Assembly (NCBI GenBank): GCA_010909165.1
Contig: MU008164.1
Coordinates: 992,001 to 1,056,000 of the forward strand
Length of the DNA stretch: 64,000 nucleotides
Reading direction: 5' to 3'
Origin: Anthoceros angustus
Lineage: Eukaryota; Plantae; Anthocerotophyta
This document shows, in pieces, positions 29,181 through 40,928 of this stretch. A model generated the notes under the pieces. It did not search any database and was not told the DNA's origin. It saw only the letters and a list, made by a program, of their open reading frames with translations. Position 1 is the first letter of the stretch. Each line of letters opens with the position of its first letter. Both the position numbers and the translations under genes were made by a program.

Positions 29181-29430
29181 GCCTGAGCCCGGCGAGAATG
29201 CAGTTGGAGAGTGTTAAACCGAGAGAGTTTCCTGCCAGAGAGCCGGTGTACCGACCGGGGCACCTGTGCTAACACAGCCTGCGGCGTGTCCCTGTTTGAT
29301 CTGTAACTCCTTCAGTGAGTACACCAGCACATCCACATGCATACCTGCTAGCTGCGCCAGATACGGCTCCCTGAGTACGCATTCGCCTCATCCCTAAGTT
29401 TGACGCTGAGCAAGGTGCAAGGCAGAGATG

Positions 29431-30248
29431 GTAACATTTGCCGGATGCGAGCCTTAGCTTCACAGCTCTTACTTGGGAGGGTGAACCTGTTTGTCATTTC
29501 ACGCAATTGCACGAGACACCAGGGCGGAGTATTTCCGTCATCAAATTTTTGTTCTGAAGTCTTGCGAGTGAAATGGGAATAATCTGTTTAATGCATGCAG
29601 CAATCTGTTCTGAGAAACAGGGAACCTGCCTTAGGATCAGGTTCATGAGCCAACCACTAGCCTGCTCACTGACAGTGGCCCTGGCGAAGCTGAAACATCT
29701 CCTGCTTGAGTTTCAACTAAAGGTGCAATAGGGCTTCTTGCCTGTCCCACAGCTCTGAACAACACAGTGAAGCGAGCCTGGGGCCGAGAGTAGAGACTTG
29801 AGATAACTAGCCTGCTCTTCAACAAGGTCACTGGAAAGATCGAGCACTCGAATGCAGGGCACGTAGCACGCTCAGGCGATGCCATACCAGCAAGCCATTC
29901 TCATGTAAAGGAAGATTTCGCACACAAAAGCTACATTTGGCAACTTAACCAGCATAGCATCCCATGTATTGGCGACAACGTAAAGGCTTGGATGACATGG
30001 ACCGCAGTTTGAAGAGTGTGGTGGAAAAAGCAGAAGCACGAAAGGCGTATGGCGTGTGCAGCGATGATTCCTGTGTCGTGTGGTGCCACACGCCACCACT
30101 AGCGAAGGCGGGCCGGACGACAAGGCAGGAACCATCGAACCTGCAAGAGCAACAATAATGGATAGCAATGCGGAGACGATAGACAGACAGCCCAGCCCGT
30201 CAACCGCGGCACCATGACGCGCGGCGGTTATAACACTTCCACCTAGCG
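29431..30248 (-). repeat. Composite duplicate: PKA-R exon3/intron fragment (copy of 25982-26182) joined to repeat X'
   Basis: GTAACATTTGCCGGATGCG...GGAACCTGCCTTAGGATC..TTCATGAGCCAAC matches the PKA-R locus; 29748-30248 matches 27024-27508. Confidence 0.85.
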
Positions 30249-31018
30249 CCAAACTCGGCACCGCCCCCCTCTATGTTTTTAATACCTAGTCTACGCAGCT
30301 ACTTTAAAAATTCCCCGACCAAGACCAGATGATGTGGAAGTTTCTTAGAATATTTTGAAATCCCAAATGTGCAACTCCATTAAGTTGGGTTGGTGAAGTA
30401 CGATGCTTTGTCATCCTCCCATAAATTCTTGAGCATCTCATCTCAAACTTGATGTTAAAAGTGCTTCTAATTTTAATATAAAAATATAAAATATATTATA
30501 AAACAGAAGAAAAGTCCTGTGCCTCACGAACGGTCATGACACGTATCTTACGCCATGCTTGACTACAGCGTAATGGACTTCAAATCTTGTCCTAGGACTT
30601 ACAACACTTGGGGATATGGGTTTGAATACTCTTGACACACTTTGTCTCAAGGTTTCTTGTTTGCATGTACCTCCAATGTTTTTCTATCAAGGTCTCATAC
30701 TTGAAACGCAATTCTATGTGCGTACATAGTCTCAGGATCTGGGTGCGCCCGGTTTCAAAGAATGAAACCTTGAGGGGCAATTTTTTTGTTCAGTGTTATG
30801 TACACTCTCTATACATTTTCTTCTCAAGGTCTCTTGTTCTCATGTACCATTGGTGTTAGTGGCTGGGTCTCTTGTTTGTAGCACGATCACACGGTATTAT
30901 TATCCTTTTTGAGAAAAATCATGGTACATAACAAAAAAGATATGTACATAGTCTATTGTCTCGCCGGCAGGGCGGGGCGGGGCGGGTCGGCCGTGACATT
31001 CGTTCTTGCTTAATCATT

Positions 31019-31130
31019 GAATGTACCTAAATCGGAAGTGGAGAGAATGTACCCAAATCGGAAGTGGATAGAATGTACCGAAATCGGAAGTGGAGAGAAT
31101 GTACCTAAATCGGAGGTGAATGTACCTAAA
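31019..31130. repeat. 26-bp tandem repeat (GAATGTACCTAAATCGGAAGTGGAGA), about 4.5 copies
   Basis: Units are directly visible. Confidence 0.9.
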
Positions 31131-31760
31131 TATGTGACCTTGAAGTTCCGTCCCTGGACTTCTTCACAGTACTATCTTTCTAGTATGTACCTACATGCGG
31201 GATACACTCTTAACACTCTTTACCTCAAGGGTTCTTCTTGTTGACATTTACCCATCAATGCTCCTTATCAAGGGATCAAGGCTCGTCTGTACTTAGAACA
31301 AAATTCTAGTCTACTTACATATCCTTACACTCTTTGTGTCTTGAGATGTCTCAGTCGCTAGTACCCTTTTGTGTTTTCTCCAAAATAACTCTTCTCTTAG
31401 GTACAAGTGGATTTCAATAAACTCTCCTTCTCTTCTTCCGCAATAGTTTTCATGTGAGAAAAAACCGACCATCTTCCATACTTGGTTGTTGCCCAACGAG
31501 TGTGATATTGCACGAAAGTGAGAAATGGGGAAGTGGGCGCATAGCGATTGGGGGCGGGCGGCCTTCTAGCCGTTGCCGCGCCATGGTTTGTGGCGGATCT
31601 AGAGCTTCATTAAATGGGTGGGTCGCAATAAAAGGGGGCGAGGAGGAGGGAATTTATCGCTACGTTGTCCGTGTGTAAGAGCGGGGTAGGCGTTAAAGTG
31701 CAGGAAGGATAGCCAATAGGTAGAGCGCGTGGGCAGGGACCCGTTGTAAGGTATCCGTTA

Positions 31761-31796
31761 CGGCCGGGCCCCGGGCCGGGCCCGGGCCCGGGCCCA
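31761..31796. promoter_or_regulatory. GGGCCC cluster (site II/TCP-like) upstream of the GH17-X8 gene
   Basis: CGGCCGGGCCCCGGGCCGGGCCCGGGCCCGGGCCCA. Function is inferred from motif only. Confidence 0.3.
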
Positions 31797-32169
31797 ACAT
31801 TGGGCGCGGGATCTTTGGGCCAGCCAAGCAAGCAAGCTAGGCGGTCGCTTCTCTCATCTGTCAGCCGGGCAGCGGCAGGGGCAGGGGCAGGCGCAGGGGC
31901 AGAGGTGAGCAGAGGCAGGGACAGCAAGCCAGCCCCTCTTGTGGTCCCTTCCTTCCCCTCGCACGCTTCAAACTCCAATTCTCCAGTCGTGAGAGAGTCG
32001 CGTATCGAGCGACTCCGCGTTTCGTCTCGCGTCTCGCGTCCCGCCTCGCCACGCCCTTGTCCCGTCTCGTCTCATCAGCGTCTCGCCTCATCGGCGTCTC
32101 GCCTCGCGTCTCGTCCCGGGAGCACCAGCGTCTCAAGCGTCTCAAGCGGCTCAGAGCGAGCGAGTGCCA

Positions 32170-33362
32170 ATGCAACGGGCGCTGCCGCCGCCGCTGCTGC
32201 TGCTGCTGGCCGCGATCCTGCTGGGGCCGGGCCCGGCAAGGAGGCGGAAGCGGCGGCGGCAGGAATCCGGGGCGGAGCTGAGGAGAAGGCCGGCCATGGC
32301 GAGGGCGCTGCGCTTCTGGGAGGGCTCCGAGGGCCGGCCTACGCACCTATGCTGCAAGCCTGCGCCGAGCAGGGCAACCAAGTGGTGATCGCGGTGCCCC
32401 GCGGGGGCATGGCGGAGCCCGCGGTCGCCATGGCCTGGCTCCGCGCCGTCACGCGCCACGGGGCGGCCATGGAGGATGCCTGGCACGGGGACGAGCTGCT
32501 CTCGGTGCTCCGCGTGCTGCGCCAGGTTGTGGCGGAGGAGGCGGCCGTGAAGCTCCCGGTGCCGCTCACAGTCGGCATCCTCAGCGTGGCCGAAACCTCC
32601 GCCGTCCGCTCCTCGGCGGTGATGCTGCGCGTGCCGCCATCGCTGCTCCTGTCCGAAGGCGGGTCGACCTTCTCCGACCTGCTGGCGATGGCGCCGGACA
32701 ATGTCGCTGTCATGTGCGCCATCAACGCTGCCCCGGGCGCCCTCACGCTGCCGGCCGAGGTCAATCATGACTCGAACTCCTTCGGCCTCCCACGCGAAGC
32801 AGCATCCTATCCCTATTCGTTACGGTTCCGTCCCGGCGGGACCGTTCCGTTCCCTCTGGTTTTGGCGGGAGATGGCGAAGCGGCAGGGGCGGCAGCGAGC
32901 GGCAGCGGGAGCCGGAAGAAGAGCAAGAGCGGGAGCAGGAGGAGGGAGCTGGCGACGCTGCGCACCTGGTGCGTCGCCAAGAGCAATGTCAACTCCCAGA
33001 GTCTGCAGGACGCGCTGAACTGGGCGTGCGGGCCGGGAGGCGCGGACTGCGCTCCTCTGCAATCAGGCCAGTCTTGCTTCTCTCCGAACACGCTGCAGGC
33101 GCACGCCTCCTACGCCTTCAACTCCTACTACCAGACGCACGGATTCGCGTCCAGCACATGCGATTTCAGCGGCACAGCAACCACAACCAACACGGATCCC
33201 AGCACGGCCGGCTGCCCCTACCCGTCCAGCGACTCCAGCGCATCGGCCAACAGTTCCAGCGGCAACGGCGCCGGTCATTCCACACGCCCCTGCTTCTCCT
33301 TCATCGCCTGGCTCTCGCTGCTCGTCTTCTCCGGCCTGCAGCTGGCCATGGCCGGCTTATGA
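32170..33362 (+). CDS. Secreted, GPI-anchored X8 (CBM43) protein with a degenerate GH17-like N-terminal region
   Basis: Signal peptide [19 protein letters not shown] starts at 32170 and needs a 1-nt correction near 32230 to join the main frame. X8 domain WCVAK...[41 protein letters not shown]...CDFSGTA. Ser-rich linker and hydrophobic C-terminus. Confidence 0.85.
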
Positions 33363-34860
33363 TGGCACCAGGTCTCAGCCTTGGCCTCAGGAGCTTGCGG
33401 CTGCCATCGCCGTGGTGGCTCGAGCGACTCCAAGGCTAGGTCATCATCTTCCTCCTCTCTTCCAACCGTCCGTCACTTGCTGCTTCATCTTAAAGGAAAA
33501 TACAGACTACAGCACGCTTAGCTACTCTTTTTTGCCTCTCCTCTATCTAGCTTTGCTTCCTCTGTCTGGACATCATCAGCCAACTCCATTCTAGGCACGC
33601 TCATTTTTTGTAATGCCATAGGCTCTAGACCTCCACCATCGTAGTCTAGCTGCGGAAGTGTTCTATGTCCCAAGAGAATCGATTGTCGTTTCTTTACAGC
33701 TCTTGACTGACCTCCTGCACTCTGGTTGCATTCAACCTGCCAGGAAATCAGCTCACATCCTCGAATGCGATTCTTAAGTATTTTATCATATGTTCCTAGC
33801 TCAGTTGGACACAGGAAGACACAACAGACTTTGCAATAGGTACCTACTTGTCCTCATTACATAATTATTATTTATATAAGGTAAGTATAAGAAGTTCCTA
33901 GTTGAGTTGATCAGACTCTGTTGCACCACGAGCTCTTCCTCTTCTACCTCCTTTCCGTTGCTTTCGGACCGGCTTGAACAAATCTGATACCGGTCGAGAC
34001 GATGTGATTTCCCAAGCCGACGCGCCTGATTCGCTCCATCCTCGCTGCCTGCCATTTCCACTTTGTTTTATGGCCGTGATATCTGCGGGAGAGATCTGGA
34101 GACAGGGACTGTCTGCGAGTCTCTGCAAAGTCCAGACGGAAAGGACAAACTCATCAATTTGCTTCTTCCTCTGATACATCTCCAGGACAGAGCGCACCAG
34201 ACTCCACCACACTCCAGGACGAGGGCGACATGCATTTGAACTTCCTTTGACCCAGACTTCCACTTTCCTCTTTCGGTCATGCATCATGATCATCGACTCT
34301 AAACGTGTCGATGCAGCGGTTTTCGCAGGCAAGAATGATGGACCTTCTTGTTGATGAGTTCATAAGGCCGGCCCCGATCATGAGTTCGGTAGCGGCATGC
34401 AAGCCGTCCAGATCCTGATCATGGCTCCAAAGTCTTAGTGGGTCGAAGAAAAGGTGGAGATGGGTAGCCATGCCCCCATTCATCACCGCCATGAATGTAT
34501 GTACATCACTTCCTGCTCCATTCCGTTCCCCAACGCCAGCGCGAGCAGGTGAGGTGTATAGGTCATGTACAGCCAACTCAAGCACACGCCCTTACCGCCG
34601 ATTCCGCTACTCATAACTTGCCAGATGCTGCCATGCCTCAGGCCGAGAAATTTCCTCCCTTAGGCAAATTGTTAATGCGAGTCAGTGATCTGTCAGCCTG
34701 TACACTAGTGTCCCAGCTCTGGAGCACAACTACCTCCAAAAAAAATTTGTACACTACACGTAATGCAACTCTGGACACGGCACTCATCCCTCTTCCGCGT
34801 CCTAGAAGACATCCTTCCTGCCCTGACTTTTGGATCCATCCAGCCAGCCAGCCTTAAGCA

Positions 34861-35999
34861 CTACCTCCTCCTCCTGATAAACTCGTGAGTGTCCGGGTAC
34901 AGTGCTTCCAAACTGGTGTCGGCCCCGGCGTGGGTGTCGGAGTAGGCTGCCAGGTTCACATACTCTGCTCCGAAGCCACCACCCCCCTTCTTGGAAGGGG
35001 CGGATGCTGAGGCAGACTCGTCCACCCACACGGCTCTGCAGTAGATGCACGTCACCTTGCCCTTGCCCTTACTCTTGCTCCATTTCTCGAAGCACTCCCG
35101 GTGCACATTGTTCCCACAGCTCTTGCAGAACACCACCGGCTCTGCCTTCTTCTTGGTGGTGGACACCAGGGGCTCGTAGCACACAGGACAGTCCCCTTCC
35201 ACCGGCCTCTGCACGCCCTTGCTATTGTCCTCCTGCGATGCCCCCAGCTCACCTGCACCATCAACATCCCCATCCCCATCCTCACATGTCATTGTTGCCA
35301 AACCCTAAACCCTTCCTTCCTCCCATCCACACGTACATCAAAGGAGGAGCACTTGTTGCATGCAAAGCAAAGCAAATTACCTGAGACTTTACGGCCCGTG
35401 ATCTCCTGGAAGCGTGCAATGACAGTGTGGCTGGCGCGAACCCCGTCCCCGACTGCAGGATTGGTGAGCAGCTCCGACAGCTCAGAGGACAGCAGCGCCT
35501 TCTGCCAGATGCGAGGGTCGTCCGTCTTGAGCTTGAGCACCCTGAGCATGACGAAGAGGTAGTGCTTGCACAGATGGCCCCTCACGAAATCGGGGCAAGT
35601 GCACTGCGGCTTCTTCTGCACCTTCACCGTGTACACGTTACCCGTGTTCCCCAGCACCACGAACTCGCATGCCTCGGGGGCCTCGGACTCCCCAACCACC
35701 GCCTTGTCAATCAGGTACAGACGGTGACTGAAGGCCCTCTCGATCCTCTCCAGCGTCTGCGAGTTGGGAGAGGCGATGTACCGGCTGGCCCGCTTCTCCA
35801 CCACTGGCTTCACCTCCTTCTTCTTCTTCTCCTTCTTCTTCACCTCCTCCTTCTTCACCTCCTTCTTCTTCACCTCCTTCTTCTTCACTTCCTCCTTCTT
35901 CACCCCTGCCCCCCGCTGCTTCTTCTTGGGAGCGGACGTGGACGCGTCTGCATCTCCGTCCTCTGCCGCTGCTGCTGCTGGCCTCTTCCGTGGAGGCAT
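34861..35999 (-). CDS. SWIM zinc finger + RING protein (MEKK1/ZSWIM2-like module); exons 35999-35381 and 35252-34861
   Basis: RIERAFSHRLYL, VLGNTGNVYTV, CTCPDFVRGHLCKHYLFVMLRVL (SWIM); CPVCYE...CKSCGNNVHRECFEKW...TCIYCRAVW (RING). Phase-1 GT-AG intron. Confidence 0.88.
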
Positions 36000-36879
36000 C
36001 TCCGGAGCTTCTGTCCTTCACAAAATTCTCCTCCCAAGACTCAGACTGCTGTCATCGCCTCGGCGCTAGGGTAGCGCAATTTCTTCACACCTTCTCATGG
36101 CCGCCACAAGACGCTGCACTTCCTTCACGCTGCATGGCAGCTAGCTAAGTGCGCATCGCCTTCACGCTCGCATCGGCATCGCACATCGCACGGGGACTCA
36201 TCGCAGCTGGCGTGCATAGCATGCTCTCATCGTCGCTAGGGTGCAATTTCTTCCAGCCCCGCTTGCAACGGAACGGAAACTCCTGTACCAGAGAGACACG
36301 GGCAAAAGTAGCACAAATCCAGTTCAGTTTTGAGTGCAAGGGTTTGCAACTTCACACACAGTGTACAGGGTATTAGGTGTAGTGGATACCAGGCAGGTAT
36401 TTACTTGGCCTGGACCCTCTAAAGTCTCCACATTGTCTGGTATTACAAACTTACGGAAAATAAAAGCCAGGCCCAGGCTTCCATGTAACTCGACGCCAGA
36501 ACCTCACTTTTCCACACCAGAGTTCTTGTACACATCCATACTTCCACCTAGGGTCTCTCAAGGAGGTGGACAGCTTCGCCTAGACGTGAACAGGGAAATC
36601 AAAGGAAGCAGCCAGCGAGCCAAGGAGCCCCTGTCCCCACCAAAAATGAATAAATTATGTGTACAAAATTTGACCTGCGGATGAAACCTGCTAACTTGCC
36701 AGAACCTTCTTGATCCCACTACTTATTCGTTGCCCCCACGACAAGGATGAGGAGTTAAAAAATACTATATAACATTGGGATCGCCCTCTTGACTCCTCCT
36801 CCACAGGCTTGCAGAAGAGTGGTCACGTCGTCCTCTCGCCCTGCAGGCTTGAAGAGAGTAGGAGCAGTCGGCAGAACCC

Positions 36880-38278
36880 TTAGTCAAACCGTTCCCAATC
36901 TGATGTCAAATGGTCCACCGCGGGAGAGGGCGTTGTTGGGGGAGGAGGGGCACTCAAGCTGCCGACGCCACTGTCGAAAGTTTCCCACCGTGTCGTCACA
37001 ATAACTGAGGTGGGCAGGGTGGGAGGGTGCTTCATCCGCTCCTTCAGAGCGTCCAAGCCTTCAACATAACTTTGTATCCTCTTCACCTGTACACCATCAG
37101 AGCAGAGCCGTCAGCACGGCACTGGGCACAGGCAGACGATGACGCATGCTCAGAAAGCGTGGCACCAGTTCCATACAGCCAAGACTCCTCACCTCCACTC
37201 TCCTCTGGTTTTTCGCTTCTCCATCAGCATCGATGGTGTCCAGCTTCAGAAGTTGCATCATCAGCTTTTCAGTGAGCACATCACACTCTAAGTCTTCAAC
37301 CTTCCCTCCGGATGAAACAGTATCTTGAAGGGTACTAAGCTGGAGAACACACAAAGACAATGCAAAGCCATTTAAGTAAGGTCCAACTAAATCACTGGTG
37401 GCTGCTACAACTGTGCTGTGCTCAGGAGGTTTAGACAAAGATACAGACGCTCACCTCTCCACCCAATCTGTCAACTTCTGATCGTACAGCAGCCACAGCT
37501 TTGCATGCCTTCGCAATGAGCTCCTCTTTCCGCTTGGCCTGGATCTTTCGCTCTCGGCTTGCTGGATCTTCCACCAGAATAAGTTTGCCCTTATCCTTCA
37601 CTCCAGCTACGTGCAAATACTCGTTGTCGTCCTTCTCCTTCCCTCTGAAGAGCAGTCTCTGCTCACTTGGCTGTAGAGAGGTCTCACTGACTAGCAGCCT
37701 CTTAACATCACCTGACAGTGACAAACACCATCATCCTCGTCAGCCATTACCCCTCTCCTTCTCAGACTGGCCTACAGAACCAAAACCTTAACAGATTGCA
37801 CACAGAGTGAGGCGCTGGAACGGCCTGACATGACATGGCCGAATTCAACAACGAATAAGACTCTCTCGCAGAACACACAAGGGAATCAACCACTACAACG
37901 TCACACAAACGGTTACAGACCACACACACCCTAGACCTACAAAACCACACCAACACCAATTGCCAAACCACTCATCCAACGACCAGTCCCTCCGATCCAG
38001 GCTCATGGAAACCGCACAACCTGCACCGAGCCGTGACACTCACCGAAGGAGGCCTGCTGCGGGACGCTGATCTCGTGCGACAACAGTCCATGAGACACCT
38101 TCACCTTGATCAGCGGCCCTAACGAGAGCGCAGGATCCACAAATTCCCGCTTCTGCACCAGCATCCCGCCGGGCCGCAATTCAAACTCGATCTCCGGTCC
38201 GTCCCCCGCACTCCCGCTCAAAGCAGAGGCGCTTAGACTCGACTTCGATTTACTAAGCTTCATGATCTTCAAGACCAT
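36880..38278 (-). CDS. BAG: Plant BAG-family co-chaperone (ubiquitin-like + BAG domain), 4 exons
   Basis: EFELRPGGMLVQKR, QRLLFRGKEKDDNEYLHVAGVKDKGKLILVEDPASRE, LTEKLMMQLLKLDTIDADGEAKNQRRVE, TTRWETFD, DWERFD. Confidence 0.92.
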
Positions 38279-40928
38279 CTCCCTTCCCGCACAAGCCGCC
38301 CCCGCCCCCGCGCCTGCACCTACACATACACATACACCTGCGCCTACGCCGCATCCATATCCACCCCGGATCCCGCACAAATCCTACTCCCTTTCTCGCA
38401 TCCCTACCACAGCACTCCCTCTCCACACCAGCGCGGCCGCATTCACCACCAGATCAGCGCGCAATCCCGCTCCCGCACCTCCTCCAACCACGAATACAGC
38501 CCGAAGGCGGCCACAATCAGCAGCCAGGGTTTCTCCCCGCCAATCCCCTCTCCTTCGCCGTCCGTCTCCTTCCTCCTCCTCCTTTCCTCCTCCTTCCTCC
38601 TCCCCGCTCCACACCACAATCCCCGGGCTCCCGCCTCCACACGCCCGATCCACGCCCCGCCGCCCCGCTGGCCCTCGCCCCGATCGCGGCTCAGAAACAC
38701 GCTGCAGCGAGTCACTGCGCGGAGAAATCCGGCAGAGCGAGCACAGACTGATGCAGGCAGGCTCCAAGCAGGAATGCCGAGTCCCACACGTGCGAGGTTA
38801 AAGCCGAGACGGGTACGTGTGGGCGAGAGGCGAACGACTGACAGAGAGAAGAGAGAGCAATCCTAAAACACAGTGTCGCCCCTGTAACACTGTAATAGGG
38901 CACGTAATGCGGGTAAAGTCTATTGTAAGTACATACAGATGCAAAACAAACGTGAACTGAAGCGGGAGCGGATCGCACATAACCCGCGATATGAACAGAA
39001 TATGAATGAATTGAACGCTCGTTTATGAGCGGTATGAAGGACTGAACTCAACGATGGTCTCGCGCCTAAACAAGCCAGATGGAAATAGACAACGCTCTTC
39101 CTCTCGGCGGGCTGTCGCTTCTCTATGTGTGGAATGTGGAGGATCCTGCCTGCTATCTTGGAGTGGCGTCGGCAACGAAAATTTGCCAATGGCGACGCTC
39201 GGCTGTTGCACCAGAGGCGAGTGGGACCGGTGACCGACAATAGGACTGGAGGCCGGCAGTGACCAAGAGGGGGAGGCAGTCTGTGAGAGACTTGAGTGGA
39301 GATGGGAAATTGAAGAGTCCAGGCTACCAAACCAGCTAAGAAAAGCATGGAGAAGGAGAGGTTGATGGAGGTGGCGGGCCACACTCCCTGGCTGTGACAT
39401 CAGCACACCAAACCATGTTTGATAGAAAACCTGTCACAGATCCGCACTGAAGTGTCCTCACCTAGTGTTGAAGCAAACCCCGGAGTGGGATCGTGAACAT
39501 GCATGCGGGAGCGAATACAGGGGAGGGGCTGGCAGGGCCTACAATGCACTAATAAAAATCTGGCTGCCTCTGTTGACTGTGTCACCATGGAGCGGCCATA
39601 GGTTGGGAGGGAGAATCTGTCAGGGTAGGGTTGGCCCCACCTCGTAGGTTTTCATCCTCTAGTTGTCTGGGGTACACGGAGCAAAGATTCACCACTCCAA
39701 TTCCCCGGCCTAACCTTTGGCTTCACTAGGGCACCGACACACGGTGCGCAGGCCCTGGCACCTGCTCCCAGGAGGATCAGTGCTTGCAGATTGCAGCAAA
39801 TGCGTGACTACTGTGATAGGCTGTTATGTGCTGTGCTCTTTCCGCCGACAGGGTGGGTGAAAACCTTTTTGGGGCCACCGCAGGACAGTACCTGCAGTGA
39901 TTTGGTGTGTTTTGTGTAGGTAAAGCTTTTGGTGAGACTAGTGAAAAAGGGTTGGGTTTTGCTGGAGGAGTCGGGGCAACGAAAAAAACACCTCCACATG
40001 CATGGCTACCTTTGACAGAGGATAAAGACGGTGAAGGACAATAAGTGAGGACCGTATCGGTATGGGGGAGGTGTAAAAGTACTGGGCCTGCCTTTCATGT
40101 CAAGGGCCCTTACACAGGTGGAGAGGCGAAGATTCCAGCGTAGCTGACAACACTCGTACCTGTCATGACCTCTGCCCGGCTGGTATGCATGTTCTTCCCC
40201 ACATCACCAGGATGCTCCAAAGGAAAGAGGCTTGGCAGCTGGTTGCAAAGGCCTTTTGCCTTCAAGTCACAGCCTCACAGGGGTCCGCCTGGTTGCGAAA
40301 ACTACATCTTTCTGCTTCAGTTTCTCAAGCACTCTCATGAGAGCACAGCTGCCTGTCAGGCATTTGGTGGGAGCAACTTTTTAAGGCTGGCTGGATGCTG
40401 CGTTGGGGCACTCCCATGTAATACAGACAAGGAGCAAGCTTCCTATCCACGTTCACAAGGAACTGTACCTGCTCTGATGCTTTTCATCAGAAAAAGTGGT
40501 GCGAGCTGTCCGCTCTCCATGTAGAAATGGATCACCATCTCCTGCATCCATTGAAACAACAAACAGGCAAGCAAGAACTCTGTTGGGCATCTGAAGGGAA
40601 CACAATCGAGTCCAAGACGACTTCGTGCCTCTTCGGAGAATGCATCTCGTACCTGCCCAAAGAGGTATCAGAGACGAGCCTGCTCTGCTCTGTGCGCGAG
40701 CAAGCTAGCCAATGCATCCCTGCACCCGGTACCAACCACCCAGGAAGCATCCAGGTTCAGTTCAAGTTCAAAGGCATTCCCAACAGGAACGAAGAAGGAA
40801 TTAGTTATACCTGATTGCTCGAGCATGATTGCCCACTCCTGGCTGTAAAAGCGAACCCAAACATCTTGGGACATTCAGACACAATGGAAATTGGTGGAAA
40901 CCGTGACGAAAAGACGAGCCTTGTTGTC

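Noticed and set aside
28050-29186. Plus-strand repetitive ORFs (HFAYMST/FTTFCIH)
   Set aside because: Reverse-complement translations of the PPR repeats.
31800-32169. N-terminal extension of the 520-aa ORF
   Set aside because: Non-ATG start and low-complexity UTR-like translation. A proper signal peptide begins at 32170 in another frame.
38800-40900. Short ORFs between BAG and the ANU10-like gene
   Set aside because: No motifs or coherent exon chain; likely UTR or intergenic.
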